The position numbers and the translations under genes are program-made. Shown piece by piece: positions 46,851 to 56,281 of a DNA stretch of 64,000 nucleotides. Each line of letters starts with the position of its first letter. Positions within the stretch are counted from its first letter, which is position 1. The DNA is taken from IMG/VR virus record IMGVR_UViG_3300028840_004599, one strand, 5' to 3'. The DNA comes from an uncultured virus (IMG/VR IMGVR_UViG_3300028840_004599) (Duplodnaviria > Heunggongvirae > Uroviricota > Caudoviricetes). Below the pieces are notes generated by a model. It ran no database searches. It was not told where the DNA came from and saw nothing but the letters and a program-made list of their open reading frames with translations.

Positions 46851-47891
46851 TTGCCCGTAGATAGAAAACGATTCCTTATAACCGATCTCGAAGTAACCGC
46901 AATTGGCTTAACCAAGCCCCCCACAGCACACGATGGGAAACAACCCGCTACTGGGTACGGTATAATCTTGCGCACTGCTGATGGCGGGGACAGAGAAATC
47001 CAAACAGACCCAATAGTAACTTGCAAGCTAGACAAGATGCGCCAGATGGTTTATAGCGTCGTTTACTCACCCGGTAGATGGGATAGTCAGAATCAGGGCG
47101 TAGCGAAAGAAGACGCGCAGGTAATTTCCAAAGCAGCACACAATTTCATTTCTAACGGATTCGCACGAAATATCGATATCCTCCACGATAGGAACACCAA
47201 CATAGGTGCTCGCGTTGTGGAGTCGTGGGTCACTAAAAAGGAAGGTGATCCATTTTTTAATCCCCCTGAAGTGCCTGTGGGTTCCTGGGCTGTTGGTATC
47301 AAGATAGATTCTGATGATCTTTGGGGCAAAATATTGGCGGGTGAGTATGGGGGAATTTCACTATTTGGGCTTTCCCAAGTAAGAGAGTACGATGGAGGAA
47401 AAACTATGGAAAAGACGGATTCTAAACAAACCGATACTGTGCAGGTTGCCAAGAGTGCCGATGTGGAACCAAACACGGTTTTGCAAAGCCTTGCCAAGCT
47501 CGTCTCGAAGATTCTTGGCAAAGAGCAAACCGATGGGCGGGTAGAGAAAACGGCAGAAAACCAGACACAGGAAAATAAGGAGGTTAGTAACGTGGACGAA
47601 ACTCAATACAAGGAGCTTGTCGACGGTTTGAACAAGCTTACGGAGAAGATAGCTGGCATAGAGGCAGCCATTGAGGAAACCAAGAAAAGCCTCACAGCCA
47701 AGTGTGCGGAAATAGACTCCGTTGCGCAGGAAGCAAAGAAAACCGCCGAAGATGTAACCCCGCGAGTGGAGGCTTTGGAGGGGCGTCGGCAGGACACGTC
47801 CAAGACCTCTGAAAGGGACATAAAACAACCAGAGAAGGCGGACCATGGGTTGTTTTCAAACCTCATACCGGCTGAGTACAGACCCAGCTAA
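46851..47891 (+). CDS. XkdF-like prohead protease with C-terminal scaffold
   Basis: VYSVVYSP..DSQ, KAAHNF, IDILHD, VVESW, GSW, GGISLFG; coiled-coil tail. Confidence 0.85.
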   Translation: MPVDRKRFLITDLEVTAIGLTKPPTAHDGKQPATGYGIILRTADGGDREIQTDPIVTCKLDKMRQMVYSVVYSPGRWDSQNQGVAKEDAQVISKAAHNFISNGFARNIDILHDRNTNIGARVVESWVTKKEGDPFFNPPEVPVGSWAVGIKIDSDDLWGKILAGEYGGISLFGLSQVREYDGGKTMEKTDSKQTDTVQVAKSADVEPNTVLQSLAKLVSKILGKEQTDGRVEKTAENQTQENKEVSNVDETQYKELVDGLNKLTEKIAGIEAAIEETKKSLTAKCAEIDSVAQEAKKTAEDVTPRVEALEGRRQDTSKTSERDIKQPEKADHGLFSNLIPAEYRPS

Positions 47892-47923
47892 CGAAATAAA
47901 TAGAGAATAGGAGGAGAGATATA

Positions 47924-48841
47924 ATGAGCGACCAACTTTTAAGAGCTGCACTAAAGACGGATACCTTGATTACTTCGGGGACTACTATTGCCAGTTATGG
48001 AAAACTGAATGCTGAGCAGCTTGACAAGTTCATGCAGTGGATCATCGAACAGGAAAACATACTGAAGATGATTGATGTTATTGACATGAACGGTCCAACG
48101 CTTGACTTGGACTCTTTCGACATTGCCGAACAGAGTTTGAGAAAGGCTACTGAGGGTACGGCGTCCGATGCTGTGGGCATCACAACGGCAAAGCGATCCC
48201 TGAGCACCACAGAGGTTGTCCTGCCATACAAACCCTCGTACAGCTTCGTAGAGGACAACATTGCCAAGCGGGGAGGTGTAGACCAGATCATTCGTGGCTT
48301 TGCCACGTTGTTCTCCAATGACCTCGCAAACCTCGCCATCAACGGTGACGGGTCTACTGGTAACTTTTTCTCGATTGAGAAGGGATTCATCCAGTTGATT
48401 AAGGATGAGGTTGGAAGTTCCCACATTTACGACCACAACGGAAGCACATCGTACCTGAGCACGGTTTTGCCTAATATCTTGGCTGAGTTACCGTCGAAGT
48501 TCAAGGCGAACTTTCCCAAGCTGCGTTTTATTGTTTCCTACGCTACATACGAGGCAATTGCCAAAGAAGTAGCTAACCGCAGCACTGCACTCGGCGACGC
48601 TATCCTGCTTGAGGGCAAGCCGTTAAAGTATGGCGGTATCACCATTGAACGCGTGCCATATTGGCCGGACGGAACTCACTTGCTGTGTGATCCCAAGAAC
48701 TTGGCAATTGGCGTTCAAAGAAACATCCTTTTCGAGACTGACAAGGATATCGAAAAGCGATTGCACATCTATGTGATGACGTCCAGGATTGATTTTCAGA
48801 TTAAAAACCTGGATTCCCTGGTCATCTCCTACGATGCATAA
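47924..48841 (+). CDS. Major capsid protein (HK97 fold)
   Basis: GKLNAEQLDKF, EDNI, NDL..LAINGD, PKNL; position. Confidence 0.9.
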   Translation: MSDQLLRAALKTDTLITSGTTIASYGKLNAEQLDKFMQWIIEQENILKMIDVIDMNGPTLDLDSFDIAEQSLRKATEGTASDAVGITTAKRSLSTTEVVLPYKPSYSFVEDNIAKRGGVDQIIRGFATLFSNDLANLAINGDGSTGNFFSIEKGFIQLIKDEVGSSHIYDHNGSTSYLSTVLPNILAELPSKFKANFPKLRFIVSYATYEAIAKEVANRSTALGDAILLEGKPLKYGGITIERVPYWPDGTHLLCDPKNLAIGVQRNILFETDKDIEKRLHIYVMTSRIDFQIKNLDSLVISYDA

Positions 48842-48873
48842 TAACATGCGAAAGAATAAGGAGGATATGAACA

Positions 48874-49167
48874 ATGCCTAAACCCAAACCGCCCACAGAC
48901 GTGGTGATCGAGAATCCCCCAAAACCCAAGAAACCCGGTTTCGATGTGACCTTTGTTGGTAGTGGGTCAATGAAAGTAACTTCTGTTACGGGAAGCGGAA
49001 ATGTGGATGAGGGGAAGAACTACCACTTCACGCGTGCCGGTGCTGATCCGGCAAAACCCGTGTTCGTTGTTGAGGAAGATATTGGGAAGTTCGAGAACAT
49101 CAACGACGTTGTTGATCTCAAAAAAAACCGCCCGTTCGATATCAAGCGTGTAGGGAAGGGGGACTAG
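48874..49167 (+). CDS. Hypothetical head-module protein
   Basis: AGGAGG SD. Confidence 0.65.
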   Translation: MPKPKPPTDVVIENPPKPKKPGFDVTFVGSGSMKVTSVTGSGNVDEGKNYHFTRAGADPAKPVFVVEEDIGKFENINDVVDLKKNRPFDIKRVGKGD

Positions 49168-49169
49168 TA

Positions 49170-49838
49170 ATGAGAATGAAACATGTAGCGTTTCTTATCT
49201 CACTCTTTCTCGTGTTTTCCTTTCTGTTCACTTGCGCGTATGCAGAAATGGCGTTTGTGGAAAAGGAGTTCACGGTTTCTTCCGGATCGGCTAGTGGCAG
49301 CGTTACCCTTGAACCCAACTTCATGTTGTATGAGGTGCGATGGAAGACGAACGGTATTGATGCTGGTGACTCGGTAACGTTGTCCCTTGTGGACAACTTT
49401 GCCAATTATACCGTTTGGACAGCTACCGATTCCACGATAGTTGCTGGTATAGGCGAGGTATGTGTTCTTTCCAATATCTGGGATTATACTATCACAAATA
49501 CCAGTACTACCACAACCACATCCGGGAATACGGCAACAAGTTCTAATAGTGGCACTAGCACCGGCACAAATACATCTACAGCTACAATGACCGATGTTAC
49601 ATCTGGAACACTCTCAACCATCACATCTACAGTCACCACAACCGATACTGTAACAAATACCGTAAGTGACTCTGTTACCACATCCGGAACTACCACGAAC
49701 GTGGCTGTTGTCGAGAATATCAGCTCCGCATCAACCACGAGGTACTTCGGATGCGGTCCTACTATGTTTACAATCACTTTCTCAAGCACACAGGAAGCTG
49801 ATCGTGTTATCCGGGTGAAGTTGTTAGGCAAGGAATAA
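49170..49838 (+). CDS. Thr/Ser-rich protein with Sec signal peptide
   Basis: MRMKHVAFLISLFLVFSFLFTCAYA; long T/S-rich insert. Confidence 0.7.
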   Translation: MRMKHVAFLISLFLVFSFLFTCAYAEMAFVEKEFTVSSGSASGSVTLEPNFMLYEVRWKTNGIDAGDSVTLSLVDNFANYTVWTATDSTIVAGIGEVCVLSNIWDYTITNTSTTTTTSGNTATSSNSGTSTGTNTSTATMTDVTSGTLSTITSTVTTTDTVTNTVSDSVTTSGTTTNVAVVENISSASTTRYFGCGPTMFTITFSSTQEADRVIRVKLLGKE

Positions 49839-50320
49839 TGAAGATCGAACTAAAACGACTCATTGACGTACTTTTTGTTTTGTTCCTTTTTGGAGCTTTA
49901 CTACGACCATCAGTTGCACAGGACGATTATAGGTTGGATAGGAGTGTGCCCGGTTTTGCTGGGTACACTCTCTCCTATCCTGTTTTTGGCGGGACTTATA
50001 ATCAGGCATCCTTAACAACTACTACGGTAGCTACCATAGCCAGTGATTTGAGCTCAGCAACCGTACAGTATAATATTACATCCACAGATACGCTCACCGT
50101 TTCGGAAGTGTGGATTCAAACCTCTGTAGATTCCAGATGGACGTTGGACAATAACACAAACCCAACATCTGTTACTGGTATCCTACTGTCAGCCGATGAT
50201 ACCTTGAAGCTCCCCGGGAACAGCGCACGATGGTTGCGTATTATAGGGGTAAGCTCTTCTGGTTACATCCGCAAGCAATATTTTGGATGGCCTACCTCAT
50301 ATTATTACCCTTGGGAGTAG
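49838..50320 (+). CDS. Beta-rich protein with probable signal peptide
   Basis: MKIELKRLIDVLFVLFLFGALLRPSVA-QD; RWT.D...PT...G..L. Confidence 0.65.
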   Translation: MKIELKRLIDVLFVLFLFGALLRPSVAQDDYRLDRSVPGFAGYTLSYPVFGGTYNQASLTTTTVATIASDLSSATVQYNITSTDTLTVSEVWIQTSVDSRWTLDNNTNPTSVTGILLSADDTLKLPGNSARWLRIIGVSSSGYIRKQYFGWPTSYYYPWE

Positions 50321-50323
50321 ATT

Positions 50324-50965
50324 ATGTCAGTAGCATATTGCGCTATAGCTGATGTTTCTGCCCTACTCCCAAGTGGAGCCTCTTACACAGACGACGAAAT
50401 ACAAACAGTAATAGATTTTGTAAAAGAGCAAATTGACTTATTTATGGAGGAAGCGGACTGGTTTGGTTCTGTTTCCTCCCAAACTATTATAATGGACGGG
50501 TCTGGCACAAGCAAGCTCATGATTCGTGATGAGGTTCGTCCATTGGTGTCTATTACATCCATCTTAATAGACGAAGTAGAGATCAGTACAGCATATTTGG
50601 AAGAGATGGAATATGACAGCAAACGGCATATCATATACTCTCCCAGCTTGGAATTCTACAAAGGTACTAGGAATATAGATATAACGGGCACGTTTGGATA
50701 TGCCAGTGTGCCCGGTTTGCTAACACACAAGGCAGCAAAGACCTGTGTTAAGATTCTTCGTGCTGGTGGTGTTGGCGATTGGTTGGAGAGCAATAGTTCC
50801 AGCTCCTCTGGTTCCCATGTAAAAAGCGTAAAATTTGATGATGCAACGGTTGATTTTGATTCGACTGAAAACGCAACAGACACAACGCACACGACCGGAG
50901 ATTCTGAACTTGATGATATTTTGTGGAAGTATAAATCACTGTACCCGTTGGGTGGCATAGTATAG
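50324..50965 (+). CDS. Head-tail adaptor
   Basis: AYCAIADV, DGSG, NIDITGTFGY..VP, IL.KY. Confidence 0.75.
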   Translation: MSVAYCAIADVSALLPSGASYTDDEIQTVIDFVKEQIDLFMEEADWFGSVSSQTIIMDGSGTSKLMIRDEVRPLVSITSILIDEVEISTAYLEEMEYDSKRHIIYSPSLEFYKGTRNIDITGTFGYASVPGLLTHKAAKTCVKILRAGGVGDWLESNSSSSSGSHVKSVKFDDATVDFDSTENATDTTHTTGDSELDDILWKYKSLYPLGGIV

Positions 50966-51009
50966 TAATTTTCGTGAGTAGTGGATTTTCAGCATAGTAG
51001 AGGTGTATC

Positions 51010-51393
51010 TTGCTGGGTTATGTAAAACCTGAGGTGCTTTCAGCCTTTTATGATGTTTGGAGTCTGAAAGGAAAGCAATATGTGAGCATCGAGAGGTACT
51101 CGGAAGTTGGTGGGGCTGCACAATCCGGAATAGCCCCAACAAGAACACAAGTTTCCGGTTTATCCAGTTTAAAGGCAATCGTTCGTCGTGTTACTCAGAA
51201 AATGATCCGCGAGTCTGGTCAGGTTCTTCAGCAAAACGACCACAAATTCAAAATATTAATGCCTACCAGCTCCATCCCGATCACTAGGACAGATAAAATT
51301 TCCTGGAATAGCCAAACGTGGGAAATAGTTGGGATAAGCATGAGTGACGCCTCCACAGGACTATCCCACGTATATGCGAGGGCAGTTAAATAA
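51010..51393 (+). CDS. Head closure protein
   Basis: Position; DKISWNSQTWEIV. Confidence 0.6.
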   Translation: MLGYVKPEVLSAFYDVWSLKGKQYVSIERYSEVGGAAQSGIAPTRTQVSGLSSLKAIVRRVTQKMIRESGQVLQQNDHKFKILMPTSSIPITRTDKISWNSQTWEIVGISMSDASTGLSHVYARAVK

Positions 51394-51842
51394 TGCGAGT
51401 ACACTTATCTACAAAATTAAAAGCCGTAGCCAGTTTTTTAGATAAGCGGTATGGTGCGTTGTACGGTTTTCGCGCCTATGCTGATTGGGTGGCTGAGAGA
51501 GCATTCAATATGATAAAGAATAGCACCCCAAGACGGTCTGGCAAAACAGCAGACTCTTACTCGTTGGTCGTGGAGGATACACACAGTGGAAGACGCTATT
51601 CGATCTGTAACGAGAATAAACAAGTAATCGAGTGGTTGTCAAACGGCACACCCGCTCATGGTCCGGTGACTGCCTCCTTTATGCAGTGGGTAGAGAAGCA
51701 TCACCCACTATATAAAGGTTTTTGGAGAAAGGCATGGGTACGCGGGATTAAACCGCACCCATTTGTATTGGATACAATAGAATTTGTGATGCAGGCAATG
51801 ATGATGGTTGGGGAGGACGTAAGAGTAATATCCTACGTGTAG
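51393..51842 (+). CDS. HK97 gp10-like tail completion protein
   Basis: TPRRSG, GT..H, GIKPHPF. Confidence 0.7.
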   Translation: MRVHLSTKLKAVASFLDKRYGALYGFRAYADWVAERAFNMIKNSTPRRSGKTADSYSLVVEDTHSGRRYSICNENKQVIEWLSNGTPAHGPVTASFMQWVEKHHPLYKGFWRKAWVRGIKPHPFVLDTIEFVMQAMMMVGEDVRVISYV

Positions 51843-51847
51843 TTTAA

Positions 51848-52327
51848 ATGGCGCTTAATGCAGCTAGCAAATCTGAGAACTTGCTACTTTCCTTCTGTAA
51901 GCACCTTTATGACAATGTGGGAGCTTCTTTCAGGAACAAGATAAACTACTTACAGGAGCGATGGAGTCCGGAAAACCAAACAACGTGGGCTGAGGTAGAT
52001 TGGTTAAAGGGTGCAGACGGTTATTGTAAAAAGCCCTGGTTGGTTTCCATAGTGGTCTACTCCAGACCCGAGGAAGATGAATTTGCTCACGCACACAGGG
52101 AACTGATGGATGTTATAAAGGCTGCCCTGAATTCTACATCTGTGAGTATCTACGACTTTGGAGCCACTGATCTGACTCGTGCCAATCCCGTAGACACGAC
52201 GTTGAGTTTCTATCCCCTACCCAATGGTGGTGAGGAACCCGTATCTGATTTGGTTGGTGGAAACATACGGGGAACCCGTATAGTATATAAATGTTTTTCA
52301 GTGCGTCCTGATATGTGGGGCGCATAA
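51848..52327 (+). CDS. Putative tail terminator
   Basis: Position and size. Confidence 0.5.
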   Translation: MALNAASKSENLLLSFCKHLYDNVGASFRNKINYLQERWSPENQTTWAEVDWLKGADGYCKKPWLVSIVVYSRPEEDEFAHAHRELMDVIKAALNSTSVSIYDFGATDLTRANPVDTTLSFYPLPNGGEEPVSDLVGGNIRGTRIVYKCFSVRPDMWGA

Positions 52328-52340
52328 GGAGGAAATATAA

Positions 52341-53153
52341 ATGGGAGCTACGATTCCGGAATTTGGTCACGACACGGAAGCAGAAACAATAAATATAGGT
52401 TACACGCGGGAACCTATAGAACTGCTGGATGGTCTTGGAAAAACGGATTACACGAAGAGCCTTACAACCACGTTTACAAAAACACAACCCGTATGTGCTG
52501 CTATTGGCATTGCATCGAGCACCTCTGAGGCTAATATGATAGCAGCTGCTGCAATTGCAGCTGTCATAAGTGGGGCAACACTTACAGTAGAGGAGGAAGT
52601 AAGCATCCTTCGTGGACCCTCAACAGATTTCCAGGTAGAGGGTGGTTATGCTCCCAGCTCTGAAGACAAGCTCATGTACGTTACCTGTTGTAAGTGGAAA
52701 CGCGTGCGTGTTCGTTTGGAGATAAAAGGCAAGGGGCGTATCCCGTCCGAGTTCCTCACAATGGGTGATGATTTTCTGTCAGCTTCGGCAGCCATCACTA
52801 TCCAGTCTGGAACAGACGCAACCACAAAAATAGTAACATCAGCTGTTTATGGGGAAACGGGTGTTGATCTCAAAATAACAGATGTACAGCGTAATGAGGA
52901 GAACGAAGATTGGGGTGGTTGGGCTGTGACACTGGAGGGGTGGGTAGACCCAGGAACGTACACTACTTCCCCATTAAAAAGCAGTTTGGAGTTTTTTGGC
53001 GAAGCTGGTGCAGACCTTGATGGTGAGACGGGGTATAAGATCACAATTCAAGAAACTTATTCGGAAGATCAGCATGTCATGAGAACTGAAACTGTCGAGG
53101 TTTACGATGATGCAGCATCGAGCACAGTATCTGCAATCTCATATCCTGCGTAA
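52341..53153 (+). CDS. Putative major tail (tube) protein
   Basis: Strong SD, acidic beta-rich, position. Confidence 0.5.
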   Translation: MGATIPEFGHDTEAETINIGYTREPIELLDGLGKTDYTKSLTTTFTKTQPVCAAIGIASSTSEANMIAAAAIAAVISGATLTVEEEVSILRGPSTDFQVEGGYAPSSEDKLMYVTCCKWKRVRVRLEIKGKGRIPSEFLTMGDDFLSASAAITIQSGTDATTKIVTSAVYGETGVDLKITDVQRNEENEDWGGWAVTLEGWVDPGTYTTSPLKSSLEFFGEAGADLDGETGYKITIQETYSEDQHVMRTETVEVYDDAASSTVSAISYPA

Positions 53154-53167
53154 GGAGATAACATCTC

Positions 53168-53446
53168 GTGGCAGCTCTTGTAGTCGTACATGATCTTGGT
53201 AAACGACCAAGGAAAACAGTGTCACCACAATGTGATGGTAATGACTTGGTTACGACTCATGGGTATGTGCATAGAAAGGTTGTTGTAATCTCCTGGGCTG
53301 AAACAGCTGAGATAGAATCGAACATTGTGTCGAACGAGACTGGTGGATTTAGTAGGGATGGGGATTACCGTGCATATCCGGCGATTGCAAGAGAGTTCCC
53401 TTTATATAATGTGGAGGCAAATCTGGTAAAATACACGGATACGTAA
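53168..53446 (+). CDS. Hypothetical tail-module protein
   Basis: AAGGAG SD. Confidence 0.55.
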   Translation: MAALVVVHDLGKRPRKTVSPQCDGNDLVTTHGYVHRKVVVISWAETAEIESNIVSNETGGFSRDGDYRAYPAIAREFPLYNVEANLVKYTDT

Positions 53447-53456
53447 GGAGGCATAC

Positions 53457-54071
53457 ATGATACGCAATCTTAGAGAAGGAGAACAGATACCGGAGGAGTT
53501 TGCAGACGTTTTGAAGCTGGCTCCTGAAGAGAGGAAGAAGCTCATCATCCTAGGTGATAAACGGATGTGGATTTTCCCGCCGACCAAGGAAGAGGTCGAC
53601 AAGATCATAGATGCGTTGAAGAAGTACCTGCTATTTCAGGACAATAACGAAGACGTGGTCGATTCCATACTCAGGGACTTTGTTCCAAGCGCATTAAAGT
53701 CTATCGGAATAAACGAGACAATCCTTGCCAAGGCAACACCCGACCAGATTATTCATGTCGCCTACACCGTATACGACTTTATATTCGGGATGGAGGGGCT
53801 TGGTGAAGGCATACGAAAAAACGTGAAGAGCCTCTGGGGAACACTTCGGCAGATGCTGTCACTAACCCCGGAGGCAGAAGAAAACATGAAGACCTTATCC
53901 GATCATTTTTCCCGCACACCGGAAGCAGCGCAGAGGGCTATGTCTGCGAAACCTTCGGATACTCCCCCGCCTTCGTCCGAGGAAGGTATTACATTCGGTG
54001 CGCGGATACTGGAAATCCCTGTTGTAGATGCAAAGGGAAAGACGGGGGACGACGGTGTGAAAACGCCATAG
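53457..54071 (+). CDS. Tail assembly chaperone (G-like)
   Basis: Upstream of tape measure; contains in-frame slippery heptamers. Confidence 0.65.
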   Translation: MIRNLREGEQIPEEFADVLKLAPEERKKLIILGDKRMWIFPPTKEEVDKIIDALKKYLLFQDNNEDVVDSILRDFVPSALKSIGINETILAKATPDQIIHVAYTVYDFIFGMEGLGEGIRKNVKSLWGTLRQMLSLTPEAEENMKTLSDHFSRTPEAAQRAMSAKPSDTPPPSSEEGITFGARILEIPVVDAKGKTGDDGVKTP

Positions 54072-54577
54072 TTGCGTTAGAGGGACTCACGTATACAGAG
54101 TTCGTGGTTCTATATAGATGTGCCCTATTCAATCACTACAACAAGCTCCGGGACTTCATGCAACAAATAGGTCTTTTGGTTGGGTGGAAGCCGAAAGGAA
54201 AACCGCGTGGCGACTCCTTGGAAAACTTCCCAAATGATGTGGATTATTTTGGTGAGGAACAGATACGAAACCACCTGAAATATTGGAAAAGGATATTAAG
54301 CAAGAATAATAATGTAAAGGACATAGGTAGGATTTGGGATGATCGACGGGCTTCTGCATGTAGGGGTGAGATGGGACAGGCAGCCCGTCGTTGTTCTATG
54401 GACGATAGACTTTGGATGATGTATATAAATTCTGTGAAGGTGGGAACGGAGCCGGATATGGGATTGGTTAAACACTGGTTCTCCATACAATATTACTCGT
54501 CCAAGGCAAAAACACATCCGGACAAGGAGGAGAGGGATAAGGCGTTTGCTACGCTTAGAGCCCTTATCAGGAGATAG
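53807..54577 (+). CDS. -1 frame extension of tail assembly chaperone (T-like)
   Basis: Frame of the 54104 ORF is open from 53807, just before A AAA AAC at 53816. Confidence 0.65.
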   Translation, partial: RHTKKREEPLGNTSADAVTNPGGRRKHEDLIRSFFPHTGSSAEGYVCETFGYSPAFVRGRYYIRCADTGNPCCRCKGKDGGRRCENAIVALEGLTYTEFVVLYRCALFNHYNKLRDFMQQIGLLVGWKPKGKPRGDSLENFPNDVDYFGEEQIRNHLKYWKRILSKNNNVKDIGRIWDDRRASACRGEMGQAARRCSMDDRLWMMYINSVKVGTEPDMGLVKHWFSIQYYSSKAKTHPDKEERDKAFATLRALIRR

Positions 54578-54579
54578 AT

Positions 54580-56271
54580 ATGAGTACTGATGTAAAACGC
54601 ACTATATTCCAATGGGATTCACAAGGGCAACCCAAAGTTCTATCCGATCTTCTTGGTTTGAAAGCTGCCGTGGACAAGCTCAATGCTGCCATTGGGAAAC
54701 TAAACACAAACATGGGAACACTGGCTAGCAGGAGTCGCGGAATAAAAACAACCGAACCGGGGTGGGCGTATGGTGGTGATCAGAGTCGGCTAAGCTTGAT
54801 AGGACAGCCGTATGGGAGAAGGGAGCTCCCATTTGGCAAGGTATTTAACGGCATCGAGTCATTCAGTAGTAAGCTATGGAAAGCAAGCATACACATACTT
54901 GCAATCACATACCTACTCCGTAGAATCACAATACCCATAAAACGAATCATACGTGCAGGAATAGGTGCTGGTGCTCTTACACTGGAAAAATCCGATGCTT
55001 GGTTCAGGCAAAAAGTAGCCCTGTCAGAGATGCTTGGAAAAGAGCGTGGCGAACATGCTATAAGATATGGGTGGAGAAAAGCTGCTGTAGAGATGGGACA
55101 GGCTACGGAGTTCATGGATTTGATCCGTACTGTAGCTGCATTAAATACAGAAATACGAGATGCCATGCGTTCCAACACACAGACAGCAGAGCGCATCTGG
55201 AACAAGATGGTTCATACCGTCCAGGCAATGGTAACAGTCTTCCCGGAATATTCCATTGGTCAGGCTACCTCTGCTCTTTCCCGTGCTATAGCTGGTCAAT
55301 ACATAACAATGGCTCGTACATTCCGCGCTCCAAGAAGGGTAATCGAGTCGGAACTTGGACGTCCTGTTGGAACTGGCATGGCTGCGATAGAAGACCTTCA
55401 CAAGTTTTGGTCGCAACGTATATCGCAAAGTGCCATCGAGTCCATCGGTGGATCGTACAGAGAACAAAGCAATAACATACGTCGTCAGCTTGGGGAGCGT
55501 TTTCCCTTTCGCATAGGTGAGATGGGATTCCGGCAACAGGTATCCGGGAGCCTTTTCAACCTGAACACCACAATAAACGAGATGATGAAGGCTGGCAAGT
55601 ACGACAGGTTCTTTCGTCAAATATCTGATAAATTCATGGGTGTGTGGAGTGATATTACAGATGCCGTATCGACGCTGGTTATAGACATAGACATATCCGA
55701 AGATTCCCTGGCTGCTATGATTAACAAGATGGTAGACCAGATGGGGAAAGCTGCGCCAAAATTAATGAAGACCTTGTTGTACTCTGTGGGTGACGTAGCC
55801 AAAGAGCGTGGTGGCAGCTTGGGATTTGTTGCTGACTTATCTGCCATGAGTAATGCTTCAGCTAAAGTAATTAGAGACGCAATACTACATGATTATGGTT
55901 CTATGAGAACAACGATTCCCCAGCTAGGGGCACTGTTTCAAAGTACCAACGCCCCGCCAGGAACAGCGTTCTCCGAATACATACGCGAGATGTACAGGGA
56001 GCCTCCTCCAGGATACACGGACAGGTGGATGGGTGATGAGAGCTTAATCCAGAAAATACGTGGCAGTGTAGGGGCTATGGAATCTTACCGTATGTTTGGA
56101 GAAGAGGGGCTTTCGCAATACGTAGCATCCCAAGGAGGGAAAATACCACAGAGCTCTCCCGAGGAAATAGCAAAATACCTGGCTAGGATAGCCGAGGCAA
56201 CAGAGAAGCTGGCACACGGCTCAGAGAGAGATGCAGCATTTGCACACACAATATGGGCAGATACTCCATAA
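54580..56271 (+). CDS. Tape measure protein
   Basis: Helical, Ala/Gly-rich, follows chaperones. Confidence 0.7.
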   Translation: MSTDVKRTIFQWDSQGQPKVLSDLLGLKAAVDKLNAAIGKLNTNMGTLASRSRGIKTTEPGWAYGGDQSRLSLIGQPYGRRELPFGKVFNGIESFSSKLWKASIHILAITYLLRRITIPIKRIIRAGIGAGALTLEKSDAWFRQKVALSEMLGKERGEHAIRYGWRKAAVEMGQATEFMDLIRTVAALNTEIRDAMRSNTQTAERIWNKMVHTVQAMVTVFPEYSIGQATSALSRAIAGQYITMARTFRAPRRVIESELGRPVGTGMAAIEDLHKFWSQRISQSAIESIGGSYREQSNNIRRQLGERFPFRIGEMGFRQQVSGSLFNLNTTINEMMKAGKYDRFFRQISDKFMGVWSDITDAVSTLVIDIDISEDSLAAMINKMVDQMGKAAPKLMKTLLYSVGDVAKERGGSLGFVADLSAMSNASAKVIRDAILHDYGSMRTTIPQLGALFQSTNAPPGTAFSEYIREMYREPPPGYTDRWMGDESLIQKIRGSVGAMESYRMFGEEGLSQYVASQGGKIPQSSPEEIAKYLARIAEATEKLAHGSERDAAFAHTIWADTP

Positions 56272-56281
56272 GGAGAAATGA

